64,000 nt of DNA from an uncultured Acidobacteriota bacterium (lineage in GTDB: Bacteria; Acidobacteriota; Vicinamibacteria; Fen-336), in the NCBI GenBank assembly GCA_963720545.1, contig OY970399.1, positions 864,001-928,000 on the forward strand. The letters are read 5' to 3'. Position 1 is the stretch's first letter, and each line of letters opens with the position of its first letter. Positions 10,677 to 19,623 of the stretch are shown in pieces. The position numbers and the translations under genes were made by a program. Below the pieces are notes generated by a model. The model searched no databases and was not told the DNA's origin. It saw nothing but the letters and a program-made list of their open reading frames with translations.

Positions 10677-11777
10677 ATGATCAAGAAGTCGATGCTGCCG
10701 ACTGTGGTGGCGCTGGCCGTGGCGCTCGCGGCGCACGCCGACGTGCCTGCGAAGCAGTTCGAAATCGAGAAGCTGGCGGACGGGGTCTACGGCTTCGTCT
10801 GGAAGGGGCTGCTCGAGAACCCGATCAACGGTAATTCGCTCTTTATCGTCAACGACCGCGATGTGGTCGTGGTCGATACCAGCAACTTCCCTTCGACGGC
10901 GCGGGTCATGCTGGCGGAGCTGCGCAAGCTGACCGACAAGCCGGTGCGCTACGTGGTGAACACCCACTGGCACGACGACCATCACAGCGGCAACTTCGTG
11001 TTTCGCGAGGCTTATCCTGGGGTCGAGATCGTCGCCCACAAGGACACGCGCGCCGATATGCTCACCCAGTCCTACGGCGCTCGCGCGAAGGACCTTGCCG
11101 GCATCGAGCAGTCGGCGCAGACCATGGAGCGCTGGATCGCGAACGGCAAGGACGACGCCGGCAAGCCGATGGATGAGGCACGCAACAAGCGCGCTCGGGC
11201 GATCATCGACTACGACCGCGCGGCGATCGTCGAGCTTCAAGCCGTGAAGGAAGCGCCGGCCGACCTCACCTTCGAGGACCATCTCACGCTCACGCGCGGC
11301 ACGCGCACCATCGAGCTCCTGTGGCTCGGCCGTGCCAACACCCGCGGCGATGTCGTGGTGATGCTGCCGAAGGAACGCATCGTCGCCACCGGCGACCTGG
11401 TGGTGAGCCCGGTGCCGTTCATGTTCGGCTCGTACTACGAGGAATGGGCGGCGACCCTCGGCAAGCTCGACGCGCTGCCCGCCGACATCCTCTTTCTCGC
11501 GCACGGCGAACCGCAGCGCGACCGCGGGTACCTTCGCCAGGTGCAGGCGTTGCTCGCCGACATCGCCGCGCAGGCCAAGGCAGCCGCAGGCGCTGGCCTG
11601 ACGGTGGAGCAGGCGAAGGCAAAGATCACGCTTGCCGACTGGAAGGCGAAGTTTGCGGGCGATGACGACGCGAAGAAGCGCGCGTTCGATGCCTTCGTCA
11701 TCGCTCCCGCCGTGGAGCGTGCCTTCCTGCAGGCGAAGGGCGACAAGGCGTCGCTGGGGCCGCCGGTCGAGAACTGA
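10677..11777 (+). CDS. Secreted MBL-fold metallo-hydrolase (cyclase-like)
   Basis: Signal peptide after ATG 10677; VVNTHWHDDHHSGN, ATGDL and AHG motifs. Confidence 0.88.
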   Translation: MIKKSMLPTVVALAVALAAHADVPAKQFEIEKLADGVYGFVWKGLLENPINGNSLFIVNDRDVVVVDTSNFPSTARVMLAELRKLTDKPVRYVVNTHWHDDHHSGNFVFREAYPGVEIVAHKDTRADMLTQSYGARAKDLAGIEQSAQTMERWIANGKDDAGKPMDEARNKRARAIIDYDRAAIVELQAVKEAPADLTFEDHLTLTRGTRTIELLWLGRANTRGDVVVMLPKERIVATGDLVVSPVPFMFGSYYEEWAATLGKLDALPADILFLAHGEPQRDRGYLRQVQALLADIAAQAKAAAGAGLTVEQAKAKITLADWKAKFAGDDDAKKRAFDAFVIAPAVERAFLQAKGDKASLGPPVEN

Positions 11778-11813
11778 CAGAACCGCCCGAGACTTCCGGT
11801 TAGTCTCGCCGCA

Positions 11814-13301
11814 GTGACGTCAGGCGAAGATTTCAGGAACTTCAACTCTGCGCGGCTCCGGCGGTTAAACGACGTGCCGTTGCGGCGCTCGGCCGACTAC
11901 GTCCTTTACTGGATGCAGATGAGCCGCCGGCTCGAGCGCAGCCACGCGCTCGACTACGCGGCGCGCTGCGCGGCCGAGCTCGGCAAGCCGCTCGTCGTCT
12001 ACGAGGGGCTGCGGCTTCGTTATCCCTGGGCCAGCGAGCGCCTGCACGCCTTCATCCTGCAAGGCATGGCCGACAACCGGGCGCGCGCGGCGGCGCTCGG
12101 CATCAACTACTGGCCGTACGTCGAGAGCGAGGAGACCCTCGACCGCAAGCTGGTTGTGGAGCTTGCGCGCCGCGCGGTGCTGGTGGTGAGCGACGACTAC
12201 CCGGCGTTCACCGTGCCTGGGCAGACCGCTGGGTTGGTCCGCGCCACCGACACCGCAGTGTTCGCCGTTGACGGCAACAGCATCGTGCCGCTCTCGCTCC
12301 TTGGCGTGCCTGCGAGCGCCGCGGCCCACCTGCGGCCGCGTATCCACAAGCTCTTCGCTGCGGCTTGGGCGCATCGCGCCGAAGCGGTGCCGGCGCTCAC
12401 CGATGTCGCCACGACCCGCGTCACAGCGCCGTTCGACCTGTGGGACGGCGACGTGTCCGGAACCTTGCGGCGGTTGCGGTTCGCGAGCCGCGTGCCTCGT
12501 GTCGATGCGATGCCGGGAGGCAACCAGGCGGCGCGCGAACGCCTTGGTGAATTCACGGCCTCGCGTCTGCACGGGTACGCTCAGCTGCGCTCGACGCCGA
12601 GTGCCCCGCGGGACGGCCATGCGTCGGGCCTCTCGCCTTACCTTCATTTCGGCCACATCGCGGTCGAGGACCTGGCGGCGGCAGCGTTCGACACGGTTCC
12701 CGGCTGGAGCTCCGAGCGGTTGGGCGCCGCTGGCCGCGGCAAGCGTTCCGGTTTTTTCGGCGCCGGCGAAGATGTCGAGTCGTTCTTGGACGAAGCTGTC
12801 ACCTGGCGCGACATCGGCTTCCAGTGGCACTGGACGCGCCGCAGGGATACCGGTTCCCTTGCCACTTCCCTGCCACCCTGGGCGCTCGCCACGCTGCGTG
12901 CGCACGCGGCCGACCCGCGCGCCTTCACCTATTCCACTGACGAGTGGGAAGCCGGCGCAACGCATGATCCGTTGTGGAACGCCGCCCAGAAGGAGCTGCG
13001 CGCCACGGGCACCATCCACAATTACCTGCGTATGCTGTGGGGCAAGAAGGTGATCGAGTGGTCGCGCACTCCGGAGGAGGCGTATGCGACGCTCGTACAT
13101 CTCAACAACAAGTACGCGCTCGACGGCCGCGATCCCAACTCCTACACGGGGATTCTGTGGTGCTTTGGCCTTTTCGACCGGCCGTGGCCCGAGCGCAAGG
13201 TGCTGGGATCGGTGCGCTCCATGTCCTCGCAGAACGCCGCGAAGAAATTCAGGCTGGGGCCGTACCTCGACTACGTGGCGGCGCTGCGCGAAACGGCCTA
13301 G
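11814..13301 (+). CDS. phrB: Deoxyribodipyrimidine photolyase (class II-like)
   Basis: Motifs YVLYWMQ, SGLSPYLHFGHI, THDPLWNAAQ, HNYLRMLWGKK and DGRDPNSY. Confidence 0.9.
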   Translation: MTSGEDFRNFNSARLRRLNDVPLRRSADYVLYWMQMSRRLERSHALDYAARCAAELGKPLVVYEGLRLRYPWASERLHAFILQGMADNRARAAALGINYWPYVESEETLDRKLVVELARRAVLVVSDDYPAFTVPGQTAGLVRATDTAVFAVDGNSIVPLSLLGVPASAAAHLRPRIHKLFAAAWAHRAEAVPALTDVATTRVTAPFDLWDGDVSGTLRRLRFASRVPRVDAMPGGNQAARERLGEFTASRLHGYAQLRSTPSAPRDGHASGLSPYLHFGHIAVEDLAAAAFDTVPGWSSERLGAAGRGKRSGFFGAGEDVESFLDEAVTWRDIGFQWHWTRRRDTGSLATSLPPWALATLRAHAADPRAFTYSTDEWEAGATHDPLWNAAQKELRATGTIHNYLRMLWGKKVIEWSRTPEEAYATLVHLNNKYALDGRDPNSYTGILWCFGLFDRPWPERKVLGSVRSMSSQNAAKKFRLGPYLDYVAALRETA

Positions 13302-14308
13302 CGCACCGGGCCCGTAGCCGGGCGCCGGCGCGGCAGCTGGAACCAGACGTCGGCGAGCGCCGCCTTCTCGTCGTCCGCGAGTTCGAGGTCGGGCGCAGCC
13401 AGCGTCGCGTCGAGCTGGTCAGGTCGGCTCGCGCCGATGATCGCCGACGTGATGCCGGGCTGGGCGAGCACGAAGGCGACTGCGGCGCTTGTCATCTGCG
13501 TGCCGCGGACGTCGAACAGCTGCCGCAACCTCGCGACCGCCGCGATCGACTCTTCCTGCCAGTAGCGGGCGCGATACGACGGCCCGGTGCTGCCCATCTT
13601 GTCGCTGAACCGCGTGCTCTGCTGCGGGTCGAAGCCGGGCGGGTACTTGCCGGTGAGCATGCCGCCGGCGAGCGGGTTGAAGGCGATGACACCGAGACCC
13701 TGGTCGCGGCACATCGGCAGCAGGTCGGCTTCGATGTCGCGGTGCAGCAGGTTGTAGCGCGGCTGCAGGCTCTCGAAGCCGCGCACCCCCATCCGCGCCG
13801 CGCTCACCGCCGCCTTGCCCAGCTCCCACGCCAAGAAGTTGGAGCAGCCGTAGTGGCGGATCTTGCCGGCAATGACCAGGTCTTCCATTGCTGTCAGTGT
13901 CTCTTCGAGCGGCGTGTCGCGGTCGAAGGCATGCACCTGGAACAGGTCGATCCGGTCCGTCTGCAGCCGGCGCAGGCTGGCATCGGCCGCCTTCATGATG
14001 TGCGCGCGGGAGCTGCCGCGATCATCCGGGGCGTCACCCATCGGGAAGAAGCACTTGGTCGCGACCACGAACTGCTCGCGCTTGCCGCGCAGCCAGCGGC
14101 CGACGATCTCTTCCGTCAGGCCGGCGGTCGCGAGCGTCAGCGGCACGGGGTAGCAGTCGGCGGTGTCGATGAAGTTGACGCCGCCCGCGGCGGCGCGGTC
14201 CATGATCGCGAACGACGTGCGCTCGTCGCATTGCACGCCGAAGGTCATGGTGCCAAGCGCAATCTCCGACACCTCGAGGCCGGTGCGGCCGAGGCTGCGG
14301 CGCTTCAA
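13298..14308 (-). CDS. Aldo/keto reductase
   Basis: Motifs LGRTGLEVSEIALGTMTFG, FIDTADCY, SLRRLQTDRIDL and PLAGGMLTGKY. Confidence 0.93.
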   Translation of the reverse strand: MKRRSLGRTGLEVSEIALGTMTFGVQCDERTSFAIMDRAAAGGVNFIDTADCYPVPLTLATAGLTEEIVGRWLRGKREQFVVATKCFFPMGDAPDDRGSSRAHIMKAADASLRRLQTDRIDLFQVHAFDRDTPLEETLTAMEDLVIAGKIRHYGCSNFLAWELGKAAVSAARMGVRGFESLQPRYNLLHRDIEADLLPMCRDQGLGVIAFNPLAGGMLTGKYPPGFDPQQSTRFSDKMGSTGPSYRARYWQEESIAAVARLRQLFDVRGTQMTSAAVAFVLAQPGITSAIIGASRPDQLDATLAAPDLELADDEKAALADVWFQLPRRRPATGPVR

Positions 14309-15240
14309 CGCGATGCCTTGGCGAAGTGCTCGTACACCAGGCGCGATATCTCAGCGCCCGCCACGAAGGCCTCGTTGTCGGCGGTGGGGCTCTTGTCCTC
14401 GATGTGGCGCGCGAGGATGGCGAGCACGTAGCGAAAGCCGGTCCCGGTCACGAACGCGACGTCGCCGCGCACGTCGCCGCGCTTGCCGCTCGCATCGGCG
14501 AGCTTCTCCTCGTCCCAGCCGGTCTTGCTCGCGACATGAATCCCGCTCTCGGTCGCCGCATGCGGCAGGCCGCGGTAGATCATCAGCTTGTCTTCCTGGC
14601 CTTCGAGGATCTCGAGCATCGCCTTGCTGGCCGCGGGACTCACCGCTTCGCCGCGGCCGATCTTCGCCATCAGCGCGGCGATGTCGCGCGGCGTCGTCAT
14701 GCCGAGCCCGAACTCCTTCTCGAGTTCCGGGTGGACGTCTGCATGGCCGTCGCGGAAGGTCGGGCGGAAGAGCAGTGTGTCCTGCAGGCCGTATGCGGCG
14801 AGCCGCTCGTCCACCTTCGCGGTGCCGACGAGCCGCACCACGGCGTTCGTGGCGCTGTTGTCCGAGAGGCGAATCATCAGGTTCAGGAGGTCCTGAAGGC
14901 TGAGGCTCGCGCCCTGGTGGATGCGGTCCACGATGCCGCCGTCGCCGACGCGGTCGGCCGGGTCCACCGTGACGAGCTGGTCGAGGCGCAGCGTGCCGCC
15001 TTCCACTTGCTGGAACGCTTCCACCAGTACCGCGAGCTTGATGATGCTGGCCGTCGGGAAGCGCCGTTCCGCACCGACCGCGAGCGTCTCGCCGCTGCCG
15101 CCGAGGTCGATCGCGGCCACGCCCATCGTGCCGTGAAAACGCGCGATGCGTTCGGCGATGAGCGCCGCGGTGGCACCCGGCGGTTCCGCGGCGGCGACGT
15201 TTCCGGCAAGGAGCAGTGTCACGAGTGGCAGGACTCTCAC
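14305..15240 (-). CDS. Secreted serine hydrolase, class A beta-lactamase-like
   Basis: FPTASIIK (SxxK), SDN and KTG motifs; signal peptide from GTG 15240. The longer ORF-track start overlaps the divergent gene. Confidence 0.85.
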   Translation of the reverse strand: MRVLPLVTLLLAGNVAAAEPPGATAALIAERIARFHGTMGVAAIDLGGSGETLAVGAERRFPTASIIKLAVLVEAFQQVEGGTLRLDQLVTVDPADRVGDGGIVDRIHQGASLSLQDLLNLMIRLSDNSATNAVVRLVGTAKVDERLAAYGLQDTLLFRPTFRDGHADVHPELEKEFGLGMTTPRDIAALMAKIGRGEAVSPAASKAMLEILEGQEDKLMIYRGLPHAATESGIHVASKTGWDEEKLADASGKRGDVRGDVAFVTGTGFRYVLAILARHIEDKSPTADNEAFVAGAEISRLVYEHFAKASR

Positions 15241-15286
15241 TGGCTCGTACTCTAGAATCCCGCCGGTACCTTCACAAGGAGAGCCC

Positions 15287-16984
15287 ATGCTTGGTTTGGT
15301 CGCGGCCGCACTGCTCGCCGCGGCGCCTGTGCCGCAGCCGGCGCACCCGGCGTCGTTCGCAGCGCCTTTCGACATCGTCTTCACCGGCGGCCGTGTGGTC
15401 GATGGCACCGGCGCGCCGTGGTTCCGCGCCGACGTCGGCATCCGCGGCGACCGGGTCGGCGCAATCGGCGACTTGTCGAAGGCGAAGGCAACGCGGCGCA
15501 TCGACGCGTCGCAGCTGGTGCTGGCTCCCGGGTTCATCGACATGCTCGGCCAGTCGGAGTACGGCGTGCTGGTGGACGGCCGCGCCGCCAGCAAGATCAC
15601 GCAGGGCATTACCACCGAGATCACCGGCGAGGGCGGCGCCATCGCGCCGGTGAACGCGCGCATGATCGCCGACGGCAAGGAAACGTACGACTACTACGGC
15701 GTCAAGCCCAACTGGACCGACCTCGACGGCTACTTCCGCGAGTTCACGCGCCGCGGCGCCACCATCAACCTCGGCACCTTCGTCGGCGCCGGCGGCGTGC
15801 GCAACCTCGTCATCGGCACCGGCGAACGCACCGCGACCGGCGACGACCTGAAGAAGATGGAGGCGGCGGTCGAGACCGCCATGCTGCAGGGCGCCTTCGG
15901 CGTCAGCAGCTCGCTCATCTACGTGCCCGACAACTTCGCAACCACCGAGGAACTCATCGCCCTGGCAAAGGTGGCCGCGCGCCACGGCGGCAGCTACATC
16001 ACGCACCAGCGCGACGAAGGCAACGGCATGGACAAGAGCATGGACGAGGTGTTCCGCATCGCGCGCGAGGCGCGCATCCCGGCGGAGATCTACCACCTGA
16101 AGACCGCCGGCCAGCCCAACTGGGGCCGGATGCCGGCGATGCTGCAGCGCATCGAGAAGGCGCGCGCCGAGGGCCTCGACGTGATCGCCGACCAGTACCC
16201 GTGGCGCGCCAGCTCGAACGGCCTCGACGCGGCGCTGCCGGTTTGGGTGCGCGAGGGCGGCCACGACAAGCTGGTCGAGCGGCTCACCGACCCGCAGGTG
16301 CGGCCGAAGGCGCGCGCCGGGCTGCTCGAGAAGCTCCTCGAGGACTTCCCCGACTGGGAGAAGGGCGGCGCCGAGCGCATCCTCATCACCAGCGTCCTCA
16401 ACCCCGCGCTGAAGAAGTACGAAGGCAAGACCATCGCCGACATCGCGAAGGACGAAAGCAAGGATCCGCTCGACGTCATCATCGACGTGGTGGTCGCCGA
16501 CAAGGGCAACACCGGCCGCGTCACGTTCAGCATGGACGAGAAGGACGTGATCGCCGCGCTGCGCCATCCGCTCGTCGCCTTCTGCACCGACTCGGGCGCC
16601 AGCGCCGAGGACGGCATCTTCGCGAAGGAGAAGTCGCACCCGCGCGCCTGGGGCTCGGCCACCCGCATCCTCGGCCACTACGTGCGCGACGAGAAGGTGC
16701 TGACGCTGGAGGAAGCGATTCGCAAGATGACATCGCTGCCGGCGTCGCGCATGCGGCTGCGCGACCGCGGTATCCTGCGGCCCGGGATGTTCGCCGACAT
16801 CGTCGCCTTCAATCCGGATACGGTCGCGGAGAAGGCAACCTTCGCCGACCCCACCCACTACAGCGAAGGCGTGCCGTACGTGGCCGTCAACGGCAAGCTG
16901 GTGGTTGACGAAGGCAGGATCACGAAGGCTCGTCCCGGCCGCCCGCTGCGCGGGCCGGGCTACCAGGCCAGGCCTCGGCCGTGA
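15287..16984 (+). CDS. N-acyl-D-amino-acid deacylase family amidohydrolase
   Basis: AAGGAG RBS; motifs GGRVVDGTG, APGFID, GITTEITGEG, HPRAWG and EAIRKMTSLPA. Confidence 0.88.
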   Translation: MLGLVAAALLAAAPVPQPAHPASFAAPFDIVFTGGRVVDGTGAPWFRADVGIRGDRVGAIGDLSKAKATRRIDASQLVLAPGFIDMLGQSEYGVLVDGRAASKITQGITTEITGEGGAIAPVNARMIADGKETYDYYGVKPNWTDLDGYFREFTRRGATINLGTFVGAGGVRNLVIGTGERTATGDDLKKMEAAVETAMLQGAFGVSSSLIYVPDNFATTEELIALAKVAARHGGSYITHQRDEGNGMDKSMDEVFRIAREARIPAEIYHLKTAGQPNWGRMPAMLQRIEKARAEGLDVIADQYPWRASSNGLDAALPVWVREGGHDKLVERLTDPQVRPKARAGLLEKLLEDFPDWEKGGAERILITSVLNPALKKYEGKTIADIAKDESKDPLDVIIDVVVADKGNTGRVTFSMDEKDVIAALRHPLVAFCTDSGASAEDGIFAKEKSHPRAWGSATRILGHYVRDEKVLTLEEAIRKMTSLPASRMRLRDRGILRPGMFADIVAFNPDTVAEKATFADPTHYSEGVPYVAVNGKLVVDEGRITKARPGRPLRGPGYQARPRP

Positions 16985-18435
16985 CATCCGTGACGCCGGC
17001 CGGCTCCGCCCCGCCGCGTCATGCCGCACTGGTGCGCCTGACGCACTGGCTGACAACGCTCAGTGTCGTTGTGCTGGCGTTTTCCGGGGTCGCCATACTG
17101 CTCGCACACCCGCGCCTCTATTGGGGCGAGACGGGCGCGCTCGGCGGCCCATCGCTCATCGACCTGCCGCTGCCGTTCGTGCTCGCGGTGCCGATCCGCG
17201 GGCCCGGCCGTTTCCTTCATTTCCTCGCCGCCTGGGTCCTTCTGTTCACTGGAATCGTGTACGGGATCCGCGGGCTGCTGAGCGGTCATTTCCTTCACAA
17301 CCTGTTGCCCGCGCGCGCCAGCCTGAGCCCGGCGTCGATCGCTGAGTCAATGCGCACCCACCTGCGCTTCGAACTGTCCTCGGAAGCGGAGTTTGCCGCC
17401 TACAACGTGTTGCAGCGGCTCAGCTACGCCGCCGTCGTCTTCGTCATGGTGCCACTGATGTTCTGGACCGGTCTCGCGATGTCGCCGGCGGTCACCTCAG
17501 TGTTCCCATACCTCGCGGTGAGCCTCGGCGGCCAGCAAAGCGCGCGCACCGTGCATTTCTTCGCCGCGGTCGCTCTGGTTTGGTTCGTGTTCGTGCACGT
17601 CGCCATGGTGTGGCTCACGGGGTTCCGCCGGCGCATGCGGGCGATGATCGCCGGCTCGGGCGCGGACGGCACCACGGGCCCGGCTCTCTCGCGGCGGCAA
17701 CTAATCGGGGCCGGTGTCGGCGCACTGGCGGGTGTCGGCGTTCTCAGCGTCGCATTCCGCTGGGCTGATCGCTGCGGTCTCGTGCCCGCGCATCACCGCG
17801 GTCTCTATGGCCTGAGCGAAACAATGACTTACGCCGGGCAGCGGCTCCTGACGCGGCTGCCGTCGATGGCGCGGGAATTCGACCGCAGCCAGATCTCGGC
17901 GGTGGCGCCGGTGAACGGTCCGGCGCCGGCTACAGCGGAGTATCGCGAGCTGCAGGCGGCCGGCTTCGCCAACTGGCGGCTGCAGGTCGACGGCATGGTG
18001 GAGCGGCCGGGCCAGCTCTCCCTCGCCGAGCTGAAGGCCTTCCCCGGGCGCAGCCAGATCACCCATCAAGCGTGCGAGGAAGGCTGGTCGTTCATCGCCG
18101 AATGGACCGGCGTGCCGCTCGCGCACGTACTGGAACACGTCGGCGTGCACCCCGGTGCGAGGTACGTGTTCTTCTTCGCGTTCGACGGCTGGTGGGACAG
18201 CATCGACATGGAGGATGCGCTGCATCCGCAGACGCTCCTGGCCTACGCCATGAACGGCCCCGGGATGCCGCTCGATCACGGCGCGCCGCTGCGCCTCAAG
18301 GTAGCGCGCCAGCTTGGCTACAAGAGCATGAAGTACGTCAAGCGAATGACGATCACCGACTCTGCCGCCGGCATCGGCGACGGGCTTGGTTCCATCTCGC
18401 CGCGCGCCGGCTATTCCTGGTACGCGGGCATCTGA
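16981..18435 (+). CDS. Fused cytochrome b/b6-type membrane domain + molybdopterin-dependent oxidoreductase (sulfite oxidase/MsrP family)
   Basis: N-half has VRLTHW, LHFLAAW, YNVLQRLSY and ARTVHF. C-half has HQACEEGWS, AEWTGV and HGAPLRL..LGYKSMK. Confidence 0.88.
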   Translation: MTSVTPAGSAPPRHAALVRLTHWLTTLSVVVLAFSGVAILLAHPRLYWGETGALGGPSLIDLPLPFVLAVPIRGPGRFLHFLAAWVLLFTGIVYGIRGLLSGHFLHNLLPARASLSPASIAESMRTHLRFELSSEAEFAAYNVLQRLSYAAVVFVMVPLMFWTGLAMSPAVTSVFPYLAVSLGGQQSARTVHFFAAVALVWFVFVHVAMVWLTGFRRRMRAMIAGSGADGTTGPALSRRQLIGAGVGALAGVGVLSVAFRWADRCGLVPAHHRGLYGLSETMTYAGQRLLTRLPSMAREFDRSQISAVAPVNGPAPATAEYRELQAAGFANWRLQVDGMVERPGQLSLAELKAFPGRSQITHQACEEGWSFIAEWTGVPLAHVLEHVGVHPGARYVFFFAFDGWWDSIDMEDALHPQTLLAYAMNGPGMPLDHGAPLRLKVARQLGYKSMKYVKRMTITDSAAGIGDGLGSISPRAGYSWYAGI

Positions 18436-18438
18436 ACT

Positions 18439-19623
18439 TCACAGGGCGGTGCCCGCTGCGTGCGCGGAAGCCCACGCCCACTGGAAGTTGTAGCCGCCCA
18501 GCCAGCCGGTAACGTCAACCACCTCACCGATGAAGTAGAGGCCGGGGCTGAGGCGCGACTCCATCGTCGTCGACGACAGCGAATCGGTGGCGACGCCGCC
18601 GAGCGTGACTTCCGCGGTGCGGTAACCCTCGGTGCCGCTCGCTACCAGCGGCCAGCGGCCGAGCACGTCCGCAACCGCTCCCAGCTGCAGCTCGTTGTAC
18701 CGGCGCAACGGCCGGCTCTCGAGCCAGTGCTCGCATAGGCGCACCGCGAAGCTGCGCGGCAGCATCTCGCCGAGGACCGTGCGCAGCTCGGCGCCGGGCC
18801 GGGTGCGCTTCGCCTCGAGCAGGCGCTCGAGCACCGAGCCGCCGGGCACGAGGTCGATGCGCAAGTCGTCGCCGGGATTCCAGTAGGACGAAATCTGCAG
18901 GACCGCGGGGCCGCTGATGCCGCGGTGCGTGAGCAGCATCGCGCCGTCGAACTCCTGGCCGTTGCAACGCGCGACCACCGGCAGCGACACGCCGCTCAGG
19001 CCGTCGAGCCGGTCCTTGTGCACTCCGCTGAGGGTGAACGGCACGAGGCCGGCGCGCGTCGTGACCACCTCGTGGCCGAACTGGCGCGCCACCTGGTAGC
19101 CAAAGCCGCTCGCACCCATCGGCGGTATCGAGAGCCCGCCGCTGGCGATCACCAGCGAACCAGCCGACACTGCCTGGTCGCCGACGCGCATCGTGTATCC
19201 ACCCGCGGGCAGGCGCGCGATCTCCATCACCGCGGCGCGCGTCGTCACCTTCACCGAGCCGCGCCAGCATTCGTCGAGCAGCATCGAGACGATGCCCTTC
19301 GCCGAGTCGTCGCAGAACAGCTGGCCACGCTCCTTCTCGTGATAGCGGATGCGGTGCCGCGCGACCAGGGAGATGAAGTCGTCCGGCTGGTAGCGCGCGA
19401 GCGCCGAGCGGCAGAAATCGGGATTCTGCGAGAGGAAGTTTTCCGGAGCGGTGCCGGTGTTCGTGAAGTTGCAGCGACCGCCACCGGAGATGAGGATCTT
19501 CTTCCCCACCTTCTCGGCGTGCTCCACCAGCAGCACTTTGCGCCCGCGCTGCCCGGCGATGCCGGCACAGAAGAGTCCGGCGGCGCCGCCGCCGATGACC
19601 ACCGCGTCGAAGTCGAAGCTCAA
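18439..19623 (-). CDS. HI0933/BaiN family flavoprotein
   Basis: Motifs [22 protein letters not shown] and [22 protein letters not shown] start overlaps the upstream stop. Confidence 0.92.
   Translation of the reverse strand: MSFDFDAVVIGGGAAGLFCAGIAGQRGRKVLLVEHAEKVGKKILISGGGRCNFTNTGTAPENFLSQNPDFCRSALARYQPDDFISLVARHRIRYHEKERGQLFCDDSAKGIVSMLLDECWRGSVKVTTRAAVMEIARLPAGGYTMRVGDQAVSAGSLVIASGGLSIPPMGASGFGYQVARQFGHEVVTTRAGLVPFTLSGVHKDRLDGLSGVSLPVVARCNGQEFDGAMLLTHRGISGPAVLQISSYWNPGDDLRIDLVPGGSVLERLLEAKRTRPGAELRTVLGEMLPRSFAVRLCEHWLESRPLRRYNELQLGAVADVLGRWPLVASGTEGYRTAEVTLGGVATDSLSSTTMESRLSPGLYFIGEVVDVTGWLGGYNFQWAWASAHAAGTAL

Noticed and set aside
10677..15240. MBL-fold and class A-like genes as bona fide antibiotic resistance genes
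   Set aside because: Only fold-level motifs are present. The MBL has Asn (RANT) at a usual His ligand position, and there is no mobile context.
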